DNA of 63,986 bases, filler included. It is 5 parts of 5 records of this genome, joined end to end, with 100 filler letters (N's around TTAATTAATTAA, not from the genome) between each part and the next. Parts side by side here need not be neighbours in the genome. Positions count along the whole stretch, not along the records: positions 30,639 to 44,287 come from SRR2962707_3591; positions 44,388 to 54,576 come from SRR2962707_3594; 3 more parts are not named here. One strand, given 5' to 3'. Below the pieces are notes generated by a model that worked only from the letters and a program-made list of their open reading frames with translations, ran no database searches and was not told where the DNA came from. The position numbers and the translations under genes are program-made. This document shows, piece after piece, positions 38,474-48,095 of this stretch. Numbering within the stretch: position 1 is the stretch's first letter; every line of letters begins with the position of its first letter.

Positions 38474-39625
38474 TCAGAGCGATGCGTAGGCCGCCGCGAC
38501 TAGCGCATTGGCCCGCGCATCGCCCGCAAGGTCCGGTCCCATCTGGTTCATGACATAGGCAACCGCGAGCCCCGTCTTCGGGTCCGCCATGCCGAACGAG
38601 CCGCCCCAGCCCGAATGGCCGAAGGCTTCGTCGTTGGGGCCATAGAGCAGCCCGCCCACATTGAGAATATATCCCGCCCCCCAGCGCGTATGCATGCCGA
38701 GCACTTCGTCATGGCCTTCGATCTGGAGCTTCGTCATCGCGCGGATCGTTTCGGGCTTCACCAGCCTCTTGCCGTCGATCGTCCCGTCGCTCGCCAGCGC
38801 GCCATAGACGCGCGCGACGGCGGACGCCGTGCCTTGCCCGTTGGCGGATGAAAGCTCCGCGCCGCGCCAGAAGCGTTCGTTCGGCACGCGCGCATCCGGC
38901 GCGGGGTTCCCGAGCGCCACCATTTGCGAAGGGTTCAGCGTCGCAGGGTCCAGCATGTTGGATTTCTTCGCCGGGATCATCTCGGCAACGCGCCCGTCTT
39001 CCGACGCGGGCAGGCCGATGAAGAAGTCGACGCCGAAAGGCTCCGCCACTTCCTCGCGGAAGAACGTACCGATGGTCTTGCCGCTGACGCGGCGCACAAG
39101 CTCGCCCGCCAGAATGCCGACGGTCAGCGCGTGATAGCCGGAGCGTGAGCCCGGTTCCCAGAGCGGCGCCTGCGCGGCCATCCGCTCCGCCATCATCGCG
39201 TGATTGCACATCTCTTCGCTGGTCGTCGGCACGGCTGGTCCGCAGAGCCCCGCCTGGTGCGACAGCATCTGCCCGATGGTGATGTCGCCTTTGCCTTCCG
39301 CCGCGAATTCCGGCCAGTGCTTTGAAACCTTGTCCTCATAGGAAATGAGCCCGCGCTCCACCAGTATGCCGCAGACAAGCGAGCCCATGCCCTTCGTCGT
39401 CGACCACACATTCGCCAGCGTGTCGCGCTGCCAGGGTCGCGAGCGTTGGCTGTCCGCATGTCCGGCCCAGAAATCGGCAACCGTCTTGCCGTTCAGGACG
39501 ACGGAGACCGACGCCCCCACTTCTCCGAGTTCAGCGAAATTCGTCGCGAAAGCGGCGCGGACAGGCTCGAAGCCCTTTTCGCAGCGCCCGTGTATCTCTG
39601 CGCTGGCGATGCCCGTGTCTGCCAT
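38474..39625 (-). CDS. Serine hydrolase, beta-lactamase/family VIII esterase
   Basis: WSTTK (SxxK), LSHQAGL, GYHALT, FGHSGWGG. Confidence 0.92.
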   Translation of the reverse strand: MADTGIASAEIHGRCEKGFEPVRAAFATNFAELGEVGASVSVVLNGKTVADFWAGHADSQRSRPWQRDTLANVWSTTKGMGSLVCGILVERGLISYEDKVSKHWPEFAAEGKGDITIGQMLSHQAGLCGPAVPTTSEEMCNHAMMAERMAAQAPLWEPGSRSGYHALTVGILAGELVRRVSGKTIGTFFREEVAEPFGVDFFIGLPASEDGRVAEMIPAKKSNMLDPATLNPSQMVALGNPAPDARVPNERFWRGAELSSANGQGTASAVARVYGALASDGTIDGKRLVKPETIRAMTKLQIEGHDEVLGMHTRWGAGYILNVGGLLYGPNDEAFGHSGWGGSFGMADPKTGLAVAYVMNQMGPDLAGDARANALVAAAYASL

Positions 39626-39754
39626 GGTCTTGCTCCCCCTGTTGCCGCCGCTGCCCGGCGATCCGTTTGCTGACGAATAGTAAAACCCCGATGCAAGAGA
39701 AGGTTCTTTCGCACCTGCAGCATCATTTCGACTCTACTTTTTCTGGGTGCGTCT

Positions 39755-39772
39755 GTGTCACCTGATTGACAC
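39755..39772. promoter_or_regulatory. Palindromic operator overlapping a -35 box
   Basis: GTGTCA-N6-TGACAC; TTGACA at 39766-39771 points toward the small gene at 39866. Confidence 0.45.
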
Positions 39773-39865
39773 GAATCATGGGTACACCTTAGCTGAATGC
39801 AAGTGCTCTTTGTCCGAAAGGTGGGTGCCGGTTCGGACGTAAAAGAAGCTGAGGAGTGCCGGGAC

Positions 39866-40063
39866 ATGGCGGATGTTGAGCGGGACGTACTGAACATCGA
39901 CTGGCTGCCGGGCTTTGCGGAGGGCGATCGCCGCAGGATCTCGGAAGAAAGCGAAGCTGAAAGACCGGGTCTCATCGACATCGCGATCGTGAACACGGGC
40001 GCTCTCTGCTCGGTCGCGCTCGCGTCGCTCGGTCTCTGGAAGCTCGTCGAACTCGTCGGCTGA
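39866..40063 (+). CDS. Small (65 aa) hypothetical protein with C-terminal membrane helix
   Basis: GAGGAG RBS; acidic N-terminus; hydrophobic tail IAIVNTGALCSVALASLGLWKLVELVG. Confidence 0.6.
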   Translation: MADVERDVLNIDWLPGFAEGDRRRISEESEAERPGLIDIAIVNTGALCSVALASLGLWKLVELVG

Positions 40064-40087
40064 TTTCGGAGTAACTCCGTAGGCGGA

Positions 40088-40564
40088 TCAGCCGAGCTTC
40101 CCGGCCGATACCACGATGCCGTCGCCATCGGCATAGAGCCACTCGCCGGGCGCAATCGTCAGCCCTGCAAAATTCACCGTCACGTCCGTTTCGCCGCGCC
40201 CTTGCTTGTCGCTGCGCTTGGGATGCGCTGCCAGCGCCTTCACCCCGATGGCGCAGGCCGCGAGTTCCGCCGTGTCGCGGATGCAGCCATTGACGACGAC
40301 GCCCGCCCAGCCGTTCTCCTCGGCGAGCTTGCCGAGGTTCCCGCCGAACAGCGCGTAACCCATCGCAGCCCCGCCATCGACGACGAGGACGCGGCCGCCG
40401 CCCGCGCTCTCCACCGCCTCGCGCACCTTGCTGTTGTCGTCGGGAACCCGAAGCGTCGCGACCGGCCCGCAAAAGGCGATGCGCCCGCCATAGTCCCGAA
40501 ACACGGGTTCCCCGTGGCGGACGAGCGAAGGATAATCGTCGGAAAGATCGGTCGTTGCGGGCAC
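40088..40564 (-). CDS. rraA: RraA-family protein (regulator of RNase E activity A / HMG aldolase-like)
   Basis: [40 protein letters not shown] start after GGAGGA. Confidence 0.9.
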   Translation of the reverse strand: MPATTDLSDDYPSLVRHGEPVFRDYGGRIAFCGPVATLRVPDDNSKVREAVESAGGGRVLVVDGGAAMGYALFGGNLGKLAEENGWAGVVVNGCIRDTAELAACAIGVKALAAHPKRSDKQGRGETDVTVNFAGLTIAPGEWLYADGDGIVVSAGKLG

Positions 40565-40786
40565 TGTTTCCTCCGGCATTCCAGGTTTCCCCAAGGGCGC
40601 TGCGGTTCCTTTAGCGCGTCCGGCCGATCCTGTCTCCCCCTTCGTCCATTGCGGGTTGCACCACTCTTTGTGGCGGTTCCGCCGCTCCGAAAAAGACGCT
40701 AGGCTTTGAATATCGGTATCCGGGATTCAAATTTAAGCCGGAGAACCGGTCTTGAGGGAGACCGGTGGCCGGCGAGGAGGACTTAC

Positions 40787-42328
40787 ATGGCATTGGCTCA
40801 CGATGTAACCGCGAGGGCGGATGCGGCTGCCGGCCCGAGCATCGCAATTCTCGGTGCGGGCGTCGCAGGCATTTGCACGGCAATCAAGCTGAAGGAGAAG
40901 GGGCTCACCAACTTCACCATCTATGAGAAGGCGAGCGAGATCGGTGGCACCTGGCGCGAGAACACCTATCCGGGATGTTCCTGCGACGTGCCGCTGCACA
41001 TGTATCAGTTCTCCTTCGACATGCGCTCCGACTGGACGAAGAAGTATGTCTTCGCCGCGGACATCAAAACCTATCTCGAATCCGTCGTCGACAAATACGG
41101 GTTGCGCGGCCACATCCGCTTCAACACCGAGATCGACGATGCCCGCTTCGACGAAGCGAGCGGCGTCTGGACGTTGAAATCCGGCGACCGGAGTTTCGAG
41201 GCGAACGTGGTCGCGGCCGGAACAGGCCAGCTCCACCGCCCTGTGTGGCCCAACATCAAGGGCCGCGAAACCTTCCAGGGCGACCACTGGCACTCCGCGC
41301 AATGGAACCATTCCGTCGATCTCAAGGGCAAGCGCATCGGCGTCATCGGCAACGGCGCGAGCGCCATCCAGTTCGTACCGGAAATCGCGAAGGAAGCAGG
41401 CGCCGTCACGATTTTCCAGCGCTCCGCAAGCTGGGTGCTGCCGCGCCCGCAGCGCGAGTTCTACGGTTGGGAAAAGGCGCTCTACAAGGCGCTGCCCTGG
41501 GCGATGAACATTCAGCGCTGGAAGATCTACTGGTTCGGCGAACTTCTCTTCCGCACCTTCCATACCTCCGGCGAACAGCTGAAGAAGATGGGCATCGACG
41601 AGATGGAACTCTACGTCTCCGATCCCGAAAAGAAGCGCAAGCTCACGCCCGATTACGAGCCGGGCTGCAAGCGCGTCCTTTTCGCAAACGACTGGTGGCC
41701 CGCCATGGGCATGGACCATGTCGACGTGGTGACGGACGGCATCGAGGAAATCACACCCACCGGCATTCGCACGAAAGATGGCAAGCAGCACGACTTCGAC
41801 ATCATCGTCTACAGCACAGGCTTCGACACGACCCACTTCCTCGGGCCGATGTCGCTGAAGGGTCTCGCAGGCCGCGACCTGAAGGACGCATGGGCGACGG
41901 GCGCCGAAGCGCATCACGGCATGACGGTCTCGGGCTTCCCCAATTTCTTCATGCTTTATGGGCCGAACACCAATCTCGGCCACAACTCAATTATCTTCAT
42001 GATCGAGTGCCAGGCGAACTACATCACGCAATGCGTGGAGAAGCTGAAGAAAGACAATCTTCTCTACATGGACGTGAAGCCGGAAGCGCAGCGCGTCTCA
42101 AATGAGAGCGTGCAACACGACAACGCCAACTCCGTTTTCGCGTCGGGCTGCACGAGCTGGTACAAGACCGAAAGCGGCAAGGTCACCAACAACTGGGCGA
42201 ACTACACGTTCAAATACTGGTGGCGGACGAGGCGGCCGGATTATAACGAGTTTACGCTCCGCACACGGACGAGTAGCGCGCAGGGTGCCGGCGCAGAGGC
42301 CGGAATGAGGGCCGCCGCCGCCGAATAG
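40787..42328 (+). CDS. Baeyer-Villiger-type flavin-containing monooxygenase
   Basis: GAGVAG, GGTWRENTYPGCSCD, FQGDHWHSAQW (FxGxxxHxxxW), GNGASA, STGF, GPN. Confidence 0.95.
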   Translation: MALAHDVTARADAAAGPSIAILGAGVAGICTAIKLKEKGLTNFTIYEKASEIGGTWRENTYPGCSCDVPLHMYQFSFDMRSDWTKKYVFAADIKTYLESVVDKYGLRGHIRFNTEIDDARFDEASGVWTLKSGDRSFEANVVAAGTGQLHRPVWPNIKGRETFQGDHWHSAQWNHSVDLKGKRIGVIGNGASAIQFVPEIAKEAGAVTIFQRSASWVLPRPQREFYGWEKALYKALPWAMNIQRWKIYWFGELLFRTFHTSGEQLKKMGIDEMELYVSDPEKKRKLTPDYEPGCKRVLFANDWWPAMGMDHVDVVTDGIEEITPTGIRTKDGKQHDFDIIVYSTGFDTTHFLGPMSLKGLAGRDLKDAWATGAEAHHGMTVSGFPNFFMLYGPNTNLGHNSIIFMIECQANYITQCVEKLKKDNLLYMDVKPEAQRVSNESVQHDNANSVFASGCTSWYKTESGKVTNNWANYTFKYWWRTRRPDYNEFTLRTRTSSAQGAGAEAGMRAAAAE

Positions 42329-42361
42329 GCTGGAACGCCTGAAAATGCGGGATAAAAGATC

Positions 42362-42397
42362 GCCGGAGCGGGGATAACTTCCCCCTCCGGCTTTTTT
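42362..42397 (+). terminator. Rho-independent terminator of the BVMO gene
   Basis: GCCGGAGCGGGGA...TTCCCCCTCCGGC followed by TTTTTT. Confidence 0.85.
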
Positions 42398-42449
42398 CTT
42401 GCGCCGTATGAACCGCTCCCGGTTCATCGTTGAACCGTCCGCGCCTTGC

Positions 42450-42478
42450 GTGACGTTTCGATGACAGTTCAATGACAG
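42450..42478 (-). promoter_or_regulatory. Three-unit Pho box (PhoB site)
   Basis: Minus strand CTGTCAT-TGAA-CTGTCAT-CGAA-ACGTCAC, 11-bp periodicity, two perfect CTGTCAT units. Confidence 0.8.
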
Positions 42479-42508
42479 CCCGCGCAAAACAGGCGTATTT
42501 ATCCCCGC

Positions 42509-43306
42509 CTAGGCGCCCTCGGCCATCTCGCGCACGAGGTCAGCGGTGAAGGCATCGCCCGGCATGAAGGACTCGATCATCAGTTCCGAAAAGGTGATGT
42601 CGACCGCTGTTCCGAACACCGTCGTTGCCGTGAAAAACGAAAGCGTGCCTGCAGCGGTACGGATTTTGAGCGGCACGATGAGCCCGCCGAACTCCGCGTC
42701 GTAACCCTCCGCAGGCTGACGTCCACCCGGATAGGATTCGAGTTCCTTCAGAAGCTCGCCAAGTCCCTCGTCGTTCGCCGTGTCGATCTGACGTTGCAGC
42801 CGCTCGAAAATATGCGCCCGCCACTCGCCGAGATTCTCGATACGGCTTCCAAGTCCATCCGGGTGAAGACTGAGGCGCAGCACATTGATCGGCGGCTGCA
42901 GCAACTCTTCTGGAGTGCCCGCCAGAAAAAGCGGCAGCGCGTTGTTCGCCGCAACGAGGTTCCAGTGGCGGTCGACGGCGAGCGCGGGGAACGGCTCGTA
43001 TGATGCGAGAACGAGATCGACCGCGCGCCGCGCCGCGCCCGCATCCGGGCTGTCGAGGCGCGTTTCCGAATAGACCGGTGCATAGCCCGCCGCGAGGAGG
43101 AGCGCATTGCGTTCGCGAAAGGGCACGTCCAGAAGCTCCGTCAGATGCAGCAGCATCTGACGGCTTGGCTTTGAGCGTCCGGTTTCGAGAAAGCTCAAAT
43201 GCCGCGCGGAAATCTCCGCGTCGCAGGCAAAGGCGAGCTGGCTGAGGCGGCGGCGCTGGCGCCAGGTGCGCAGCAGCTCGCCAACGGGCTGGGTGTGCAT
43301 GTTCAT
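42509..43306 (-). CDS. XRE-family HTH regulator with MmyB-like ligand-binding domain
   Basis: GELLRTWRQRRRLSQ..ISARHLSFLETGRSKPS, RERNALLLAAGYAP, PALAVDRHWN, TVFGTAVD. Confidence 0.92.
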   Translation of the reverse strand: MNMHTQPVGELLRTWRQRRRLSQLAFACDAEISARHLSFLETGRSKPSRQMLLHLTELLDVPFRERNALLLAAGYAPVYSETRLDSPDAGAARRAVDLVLASYEPFPALAVDRHWNLVAANNALPLFLAGTPEELLQPPINVLRLSLHPDGLGSRIENLGEWRAHIFERLQRQIDTANDEGLGELLKELESYPGGRQPAEGYDAEFGGLIVPLKIRTAAGTLSFFTATTVFGTAVDITFSELMIESFMPGDAFTADLVREMAEGA

Positions 43307-43445
43307 GGACCCAAACTACGCCGGAGCGGGAAGCACGACAATTACCTCTCGCGTAATCGACGGGACGCAAGCGGCACCCCAACTATGCCTTCAGAAGCCG
43401 CCCGCATGAAGGCGCGCGGCGATCCTTGCGAAGGAGACATGAAAA

Positions 43446-43841
43446 ATGGCAATCGCAGCAATCGCAAACACCGTTTCGCTTCGTCACTCCGTCCTTGCGG
43501 ACGGGGTCATCAGCGGCGCAATGGGCGCGCTCCTCGTCGTGGGCTCTGGTCCGCTTTCGGGGCTGCTCGGCGTTCCCTCGAATTTTCTGTTCTGGGTCGG
43601 CGTCGCGCTCCTGCCCTGGATGGCATCGCTGATCGTGATCGGCCGTGAGGAACGGCCCTCTTCCGGCGCAGTCGAAACCGTGATCGCGCTGAACGCCATC
43701 TGGGTGCTGGCGAGCATCGTCTTCGCCGTCTGGAACCCTTTCGGCATGACGGCGCTGGGCTTCGCCTTCGTCATCGCACAGGCAATTGCCGTCACACTCT
43801 TCGCGGAACTCCAATTCTTCGGCCTGCGCCGCGAAGCCTGA
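43446..43841 (+). CDS. Four-TM integral membrane protein, divergent from the XRE regulator
   Basis: Four hydrophobic segments, LADG, NAIWVLAS, AQAIAVTLFAELQ; AGGAG RBS. Confidence 0.8.
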   Translation: MAIAAIANTVSLRHSVLADGVISGAMGALLVVGSGPLSGLLGVPSNFLFWVGVALLPWMASLIVIGREERPSSGAVETVIALNAIWVLASIVFAVWNPFGMTALGFAFVIAQAIAVTLFAELQFFGLRREA

Positions 43842-43861
43842 CGCGGATATAATGCAAACAA

Positions 43862-43891
43862 AAAGGCCGCGAGGTTTCCCTCGCGGCCTTT
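43862..43891. terminator. Bidirectional intrinsic terminator
   Basis: AAAGGCCGCGAGG-TTTC-CCTCGCGGCCTTT between convergent genes, with A and T tracts on either side. Confidence 0.85.
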
Positions 43892-43916
43892 GTCTTGCCG
43901 AAGCAGGCGGGGCGGA

Positions 43917-44287
43917 TTAGTCCGCCGACTGCTTGAACTGCGCGCTTTCGGTCGAGTCGCCGAGCGCCGTGGTGGAGCTTTCGCCGCCGCCCGCCGCGAG
44001 GCTGACGAGGTCGAAATAGCCCGTACCGACTTCGCGCTGATGGCGGGTCGCCGTGTAGCCGTCCTTCTCCGCACCGAACTCGGCCTGCTGCAGTTCCGAA
44101 TAGGCGCCCATGCCGCGATCCTTGTAGCCACGGGCGAGTTCGAACATGCCGTAGTTGAGCTGATGGAAGCCGGCCAGCGTGACGAACTGGTACTTGTAGC
44201 CCATCGCCGCGATTTCCTTCTGGAAGGTCTCGATCGTCGCCTTGTCGAGGTTCGCTTCCCAGTTGAAGGAGGGCGAGCAGTTATAGG
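43917..44287 (-). CDS. aceA: Isocitrate lyase, 3' part (5'-truncated by gap)
   Basis: [45 protein letters not shown]. Confidence 0.95.
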
Positions 44288-44387
44288 NNNNNNNNNNNNN
44301 NNNNNNNNNNNNNNNNNNNNNNNNNNNNNNNTTAATTAATTAANNNNNNNNNNNNNNNNNNNNNNNNNNNNNNNNNNNNNNNNNNNN
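44288..44387. other. Artificial contig spacer (bacterial/eukaryotic junction)
   Basis: N run with TTAATTAATTAA linker. Confidence 0.99.
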
Positions 44388-44415
44388 AACAACAACAACA
44401 ACAGCAGCAGCAGCA
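44388..44415 (+). repeat. (AAC)n-(AGC)n microsatellite at contig start
   Basis: AACAACAACAACAACAGCAGCAGCAGC, in frame as poly-Asn/Ser of the GluRS N-terminus. Confidence 0.8.
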
Positions 44416-47400
44416 ACGCCGACCTCGCTGCGTTGCTGGCCCAGCAGGAGGAAAAGGGCGCTGCTGTGAAGAAGCTGAAGACCGAGGGCGTCACGGGCGC
44501 CGAGCTCTCCGCGGCCATCAGCGAGCTCGCTGACGTCAAGGCGCAGATCCTGCCCATCCTGGAAGCCCAGTACAATGCAGAGACTGACGAGGCCAAGAAG
44601 GAAGCGCTGGCGCCGAAACTCCGCGGCTACATGGACAAGAAGCAGCAGAAGGTATTCGACAAGCAGCGCAAAAAGGCCCGCGCCGCAGCAGCAGCCGGTG
44701 GTGCTGGTGGTGGTGCAGGCAATAACCAGGCGGGCAACGGTGGGGAGGGTGGAATGACCAAGAAGCAGCTGGCCAAGCTGGAGAAGAAGCGCAAGAAGCA
44801 GGCTGCCATTGCTGCGAAGAAGAACGGTGGTGGAGGGACCAGTGGCGGCGCCAACAAGAACGAGAAGCAGCAGAAAAACAAAGGGGCGGCAAAGAAGCGT
44901 GAGGGTCCGGCAGTCCATTTCTCCCACGCGGAGGGAGCGCCTCTCCCGCTCGTGGCGTACATTGCGGCGTCGCTCTCGCAGAGCACCGAAGCGCCGGAAT
45001 TCGAGGCCACGCTCGACGGGGCGGACTCGCAGGCCCGCTTCCAGCCCGCGTCGGGAGCTGAGCTCGTCGGTGATCTTGCCATCGCGAGACACGTGGCAGG
45101 GGAGTTGTACCCATCCGCTGCCCGCACCAGCATTGAAACGCTCCTTGCTTTCAGCTCCACGGTGGGCACCACGCCGGAGACTTTGGCCCAGGCCATCGGA
45201 ACCCTCAACGCCATGCTGGAGCGCCGGACCTACCTCGCCGATGATGCTGGCGATGGGTCCATCGGAATGTCGCTTGCAGACGTCGCTGTGTTTGTTGCGC
45301 TCCACAAGCGCGGGCTGAAGAGGGGCATTGCTGACCTGGCTGGCTCCGCGCCGCACGTCGTGCGTTGGTTCAACATGTGCCTTGCCAACAAGGCGTTTAC
45401 ATCGGTAGGACCAAAAATTGAAGTGTTCCCGTGTTTTGCAGTCATTCTTTTGTGGTCGATCAGCATTTGAGGCTGCGAGTTCGCTGGTGGACCTGCGAGC
45501 TCGCGTGTGCTTGTCTCCATCGCCCCACCTTCAGAGCCAACTTTTCCGCTTGACCCATCGTTTGTCATGCTGCGATCCCAACATCCAAATCTTCAGGCCA
45601 ACGGAAAAGTGAACAACATCGCAAAGCGAGCCCGCCTGGCAGCAGCCCGCAACGCCAAAACTGACAATTACCAAGAGCTGGAAGGCGCCGTTATGGGTAA
45701 AGTCGTCACTCGCTTCCCGCCAGAACCCAGTGGGTATTTGCACATCGGCCATGTCAAGGTGCGAACACCCTCAAGGGGGGGACTGAAACTGTTTTTTTTT
45801 TTTAATTTTTTTTTTTCCCTTCCAAGGAAGTTGGCTTGATTGCTTAGAGTGTATCCATGGTTAACTGCTCGGAATAATTACGATGTTGATGCGCAACCAA
45901 AATGTGCATGTGTATCCCTCAGGCGGCCCTTCTGAACGAGTTCTACGCGCGCAAGTACAAAGGAAAGCTCATTCTTCGTTTCGACGACACCAACCCTTCA
46001 AAGGAAAAGGCCGAGTTTGAAAACGCCATCATCGCTGACCTTGCCACCCTCGGTATCAAGCCGGACCAGGCAAGTGGGGTTGCTGACAATTTCATTCCAG
46101 CACACACGAAAAGAACACGCCGTGGCCGAGATTATGATCGCGCTTTCACCTCTTTTGTGTCTCAATCTTCGTGCATGAACGCAGGTAACGTATACGTCCG
46201 ACTCTTTCCCCCTCATCGCCGATTATGCGCGCAAGCTCATCAAGCAAGGCGACGCCTACATGGACGACACCCCACAGCTGCAGATGCAGGAGGAACGCTT
46301 GAACTGCATCAATTCCGTTCATCGTGAGCAGTCTGTCGAAGAGACGCTTGAGGTTTGTATGGAATTCCGTTTGGTGCGACTGGCCGGATGTTTTCTTCCG
46401 CTTCATCCACCAACATGTCACTGGTTCTGGCGTTGCTTTTGTAGCTCTTTGAGGCGCTCTTGAAGGGCGAGAAGCGCGCCCAACCTTTCTGTCTGCGTGC
46501 TCGCATGAGCATGCAAGATGATAACGCCTGCCTCCGCGATCCAGTTTTCTTCCGGTACAACCCGCTGGCACACCATCGAACTGGCACCAAGTACAAAGCT
46601 TATCCCACATACGACTTTGCGTGCCCGATTGTTGACTCCATCGAGGGCGTCACCCACGCGATGCGGACAAATGAGTGCGTGTTGGCGTGCATGTGAAAAA
46701 GTGTTGTCACGATTCACCAGTGGTCTCATCGTTTCATTTTCGGTTTTTTTCTTTTGCTTTTTTTTTTCGATTTATCACTGTTCGTCCGGCTCGGGTTTAG
46801 GTACCGCCAGCGTATTCCGCAAAACATGTGGGTTGTCGACAAGCTCAAGCTTCGCAAGTACCGCATCCAAGAATTTGGCCGCTTGAACTTCGAATTTACT
46901 CTGATGTCCAAGCGCAAACTGACGCAGCTTGTTGCCAACGGTGAGGTCGATGGTTGGGACGACCCTCGCTTTCCGACCGTGCGTGGTATGATCCGTCGCG
47001 GCGTGCAGCTTCCAGTGCTGCGAGAGTTTATTCTTTCACAAGGGTTTTCCGCTCGCTTGGTCACCATGAAATGGGACAAGTAAGTCCAGTCGCTGCTCTG
47101 CGCCCCCGTCGTACATTGCACGTTACTCGGCACTTGTTTGGCCGAACAATATTCGTTCGTAATGGCTCTTGTTGGGATTTGCAGGTATTGGTCGTCCAAC
47201 AAGAAGTACCTGGAGCCACGGGCCCGGCGTTTCATGGCCATCGCTAAAGATACGGCGGTCACCCTTCGCCTCACAAATGTCCCTGCTGGCCTTGTGTCAC
47301 TTCGTGTGCCGGTGCACCCGAAGGACAAAACTCTCGGCATGCGGCCGTTTTTCCTCGGCAACGAGCTTTGGATTGAACAGGGCGACGCTCAAGCCATGGT

Positions 47401-47890
47401 GGAGGGGAAAGAAGTCACGCTGATGCAATGGGGCAATGCCATCATCGACAAAATTCACCGCGATTCCAGCGGTGCTGTGACTGAAGTGGAAGGACGCAGC
47501 AACGTCGAGGGCGACGTCAAGAGCACGGACCTCAAGATTTGCTTTGTCGCCAAAGCTGCGGACACAGTGGCCGTGGATATGGTCGATTTTGACTTCTTGA
47601 TCAACAAGGCCAAGATGGAAGAGGAAGACGACCTCGCAGACTGCCTCACGAGCAATGACCACCCGACGCGCACATGCACGCGCATGATTGGCGAACCCGC
47701 TCTCCGCGCGGTCGCACAGGACCAAATCGTTCAGATCATGCGTCGTGGAATGACACGCTGTGACCGAGCTCTCCCGGCCACCGGGGATGTTGCTGATGCA
47801 GCCCTTCAGCTTTTTGTTATTCCCGACGGCAAAACGAAGGCCATGTCCGCCATGGCAACTGGTGCCGAGTCCATTGCACGGCGAAATTGA
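44388..47890 (+). CDS. Eukaryotic cytosolic glutamate--tRNA ligase, 7 visible exons, 5'-truncated; WHEP-like and GST-C-like N-terminal domains
   Basis: Exons 44388-45404, 45597-45758, 45923-46069, 46185-46352, 46445-46674, 46801-47079, 47185-47890 splice to [54 protein letters not shown]. Confidence 0.92.
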
Positions 47891-48095
47891 TTTGGGCCCC
47901 TGTTCCCCGCCCTTTCACCTTCGATGACTCGGTTGTCGCCCGTTGACACGGAAGCGATTCGTGGTCGAATCGGAAACATCAAGAGTTTGTGGGCTAATTT
48001 GGCAATTACAACTTATTTTTTAATGTTGTTGAGTTTCACACTGCACCCGCTTGCCGCCGCTTGTCTTTCGCGTCATCGTCGGGTGACCCGCGACC

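Noticed and set aside
42098-42427. Leaderless ORF MNRERFIRRKKK... downstream of the Pho box
   Set aside because: Crosses a terminator hairpin and lies antisense to the BVMO; composition is not protein-like, though translation is not excluded
44340-45356. 338-aa minus-strand ORF
   Set aside because: Antisense of GluRS exon 1, extended through the N gap
43917-45404. Bacterial aceA next to a eukaryotic intron-containing gene (apparent HGT)
   Set aside because: Separated by an artificial spacer; different contigs
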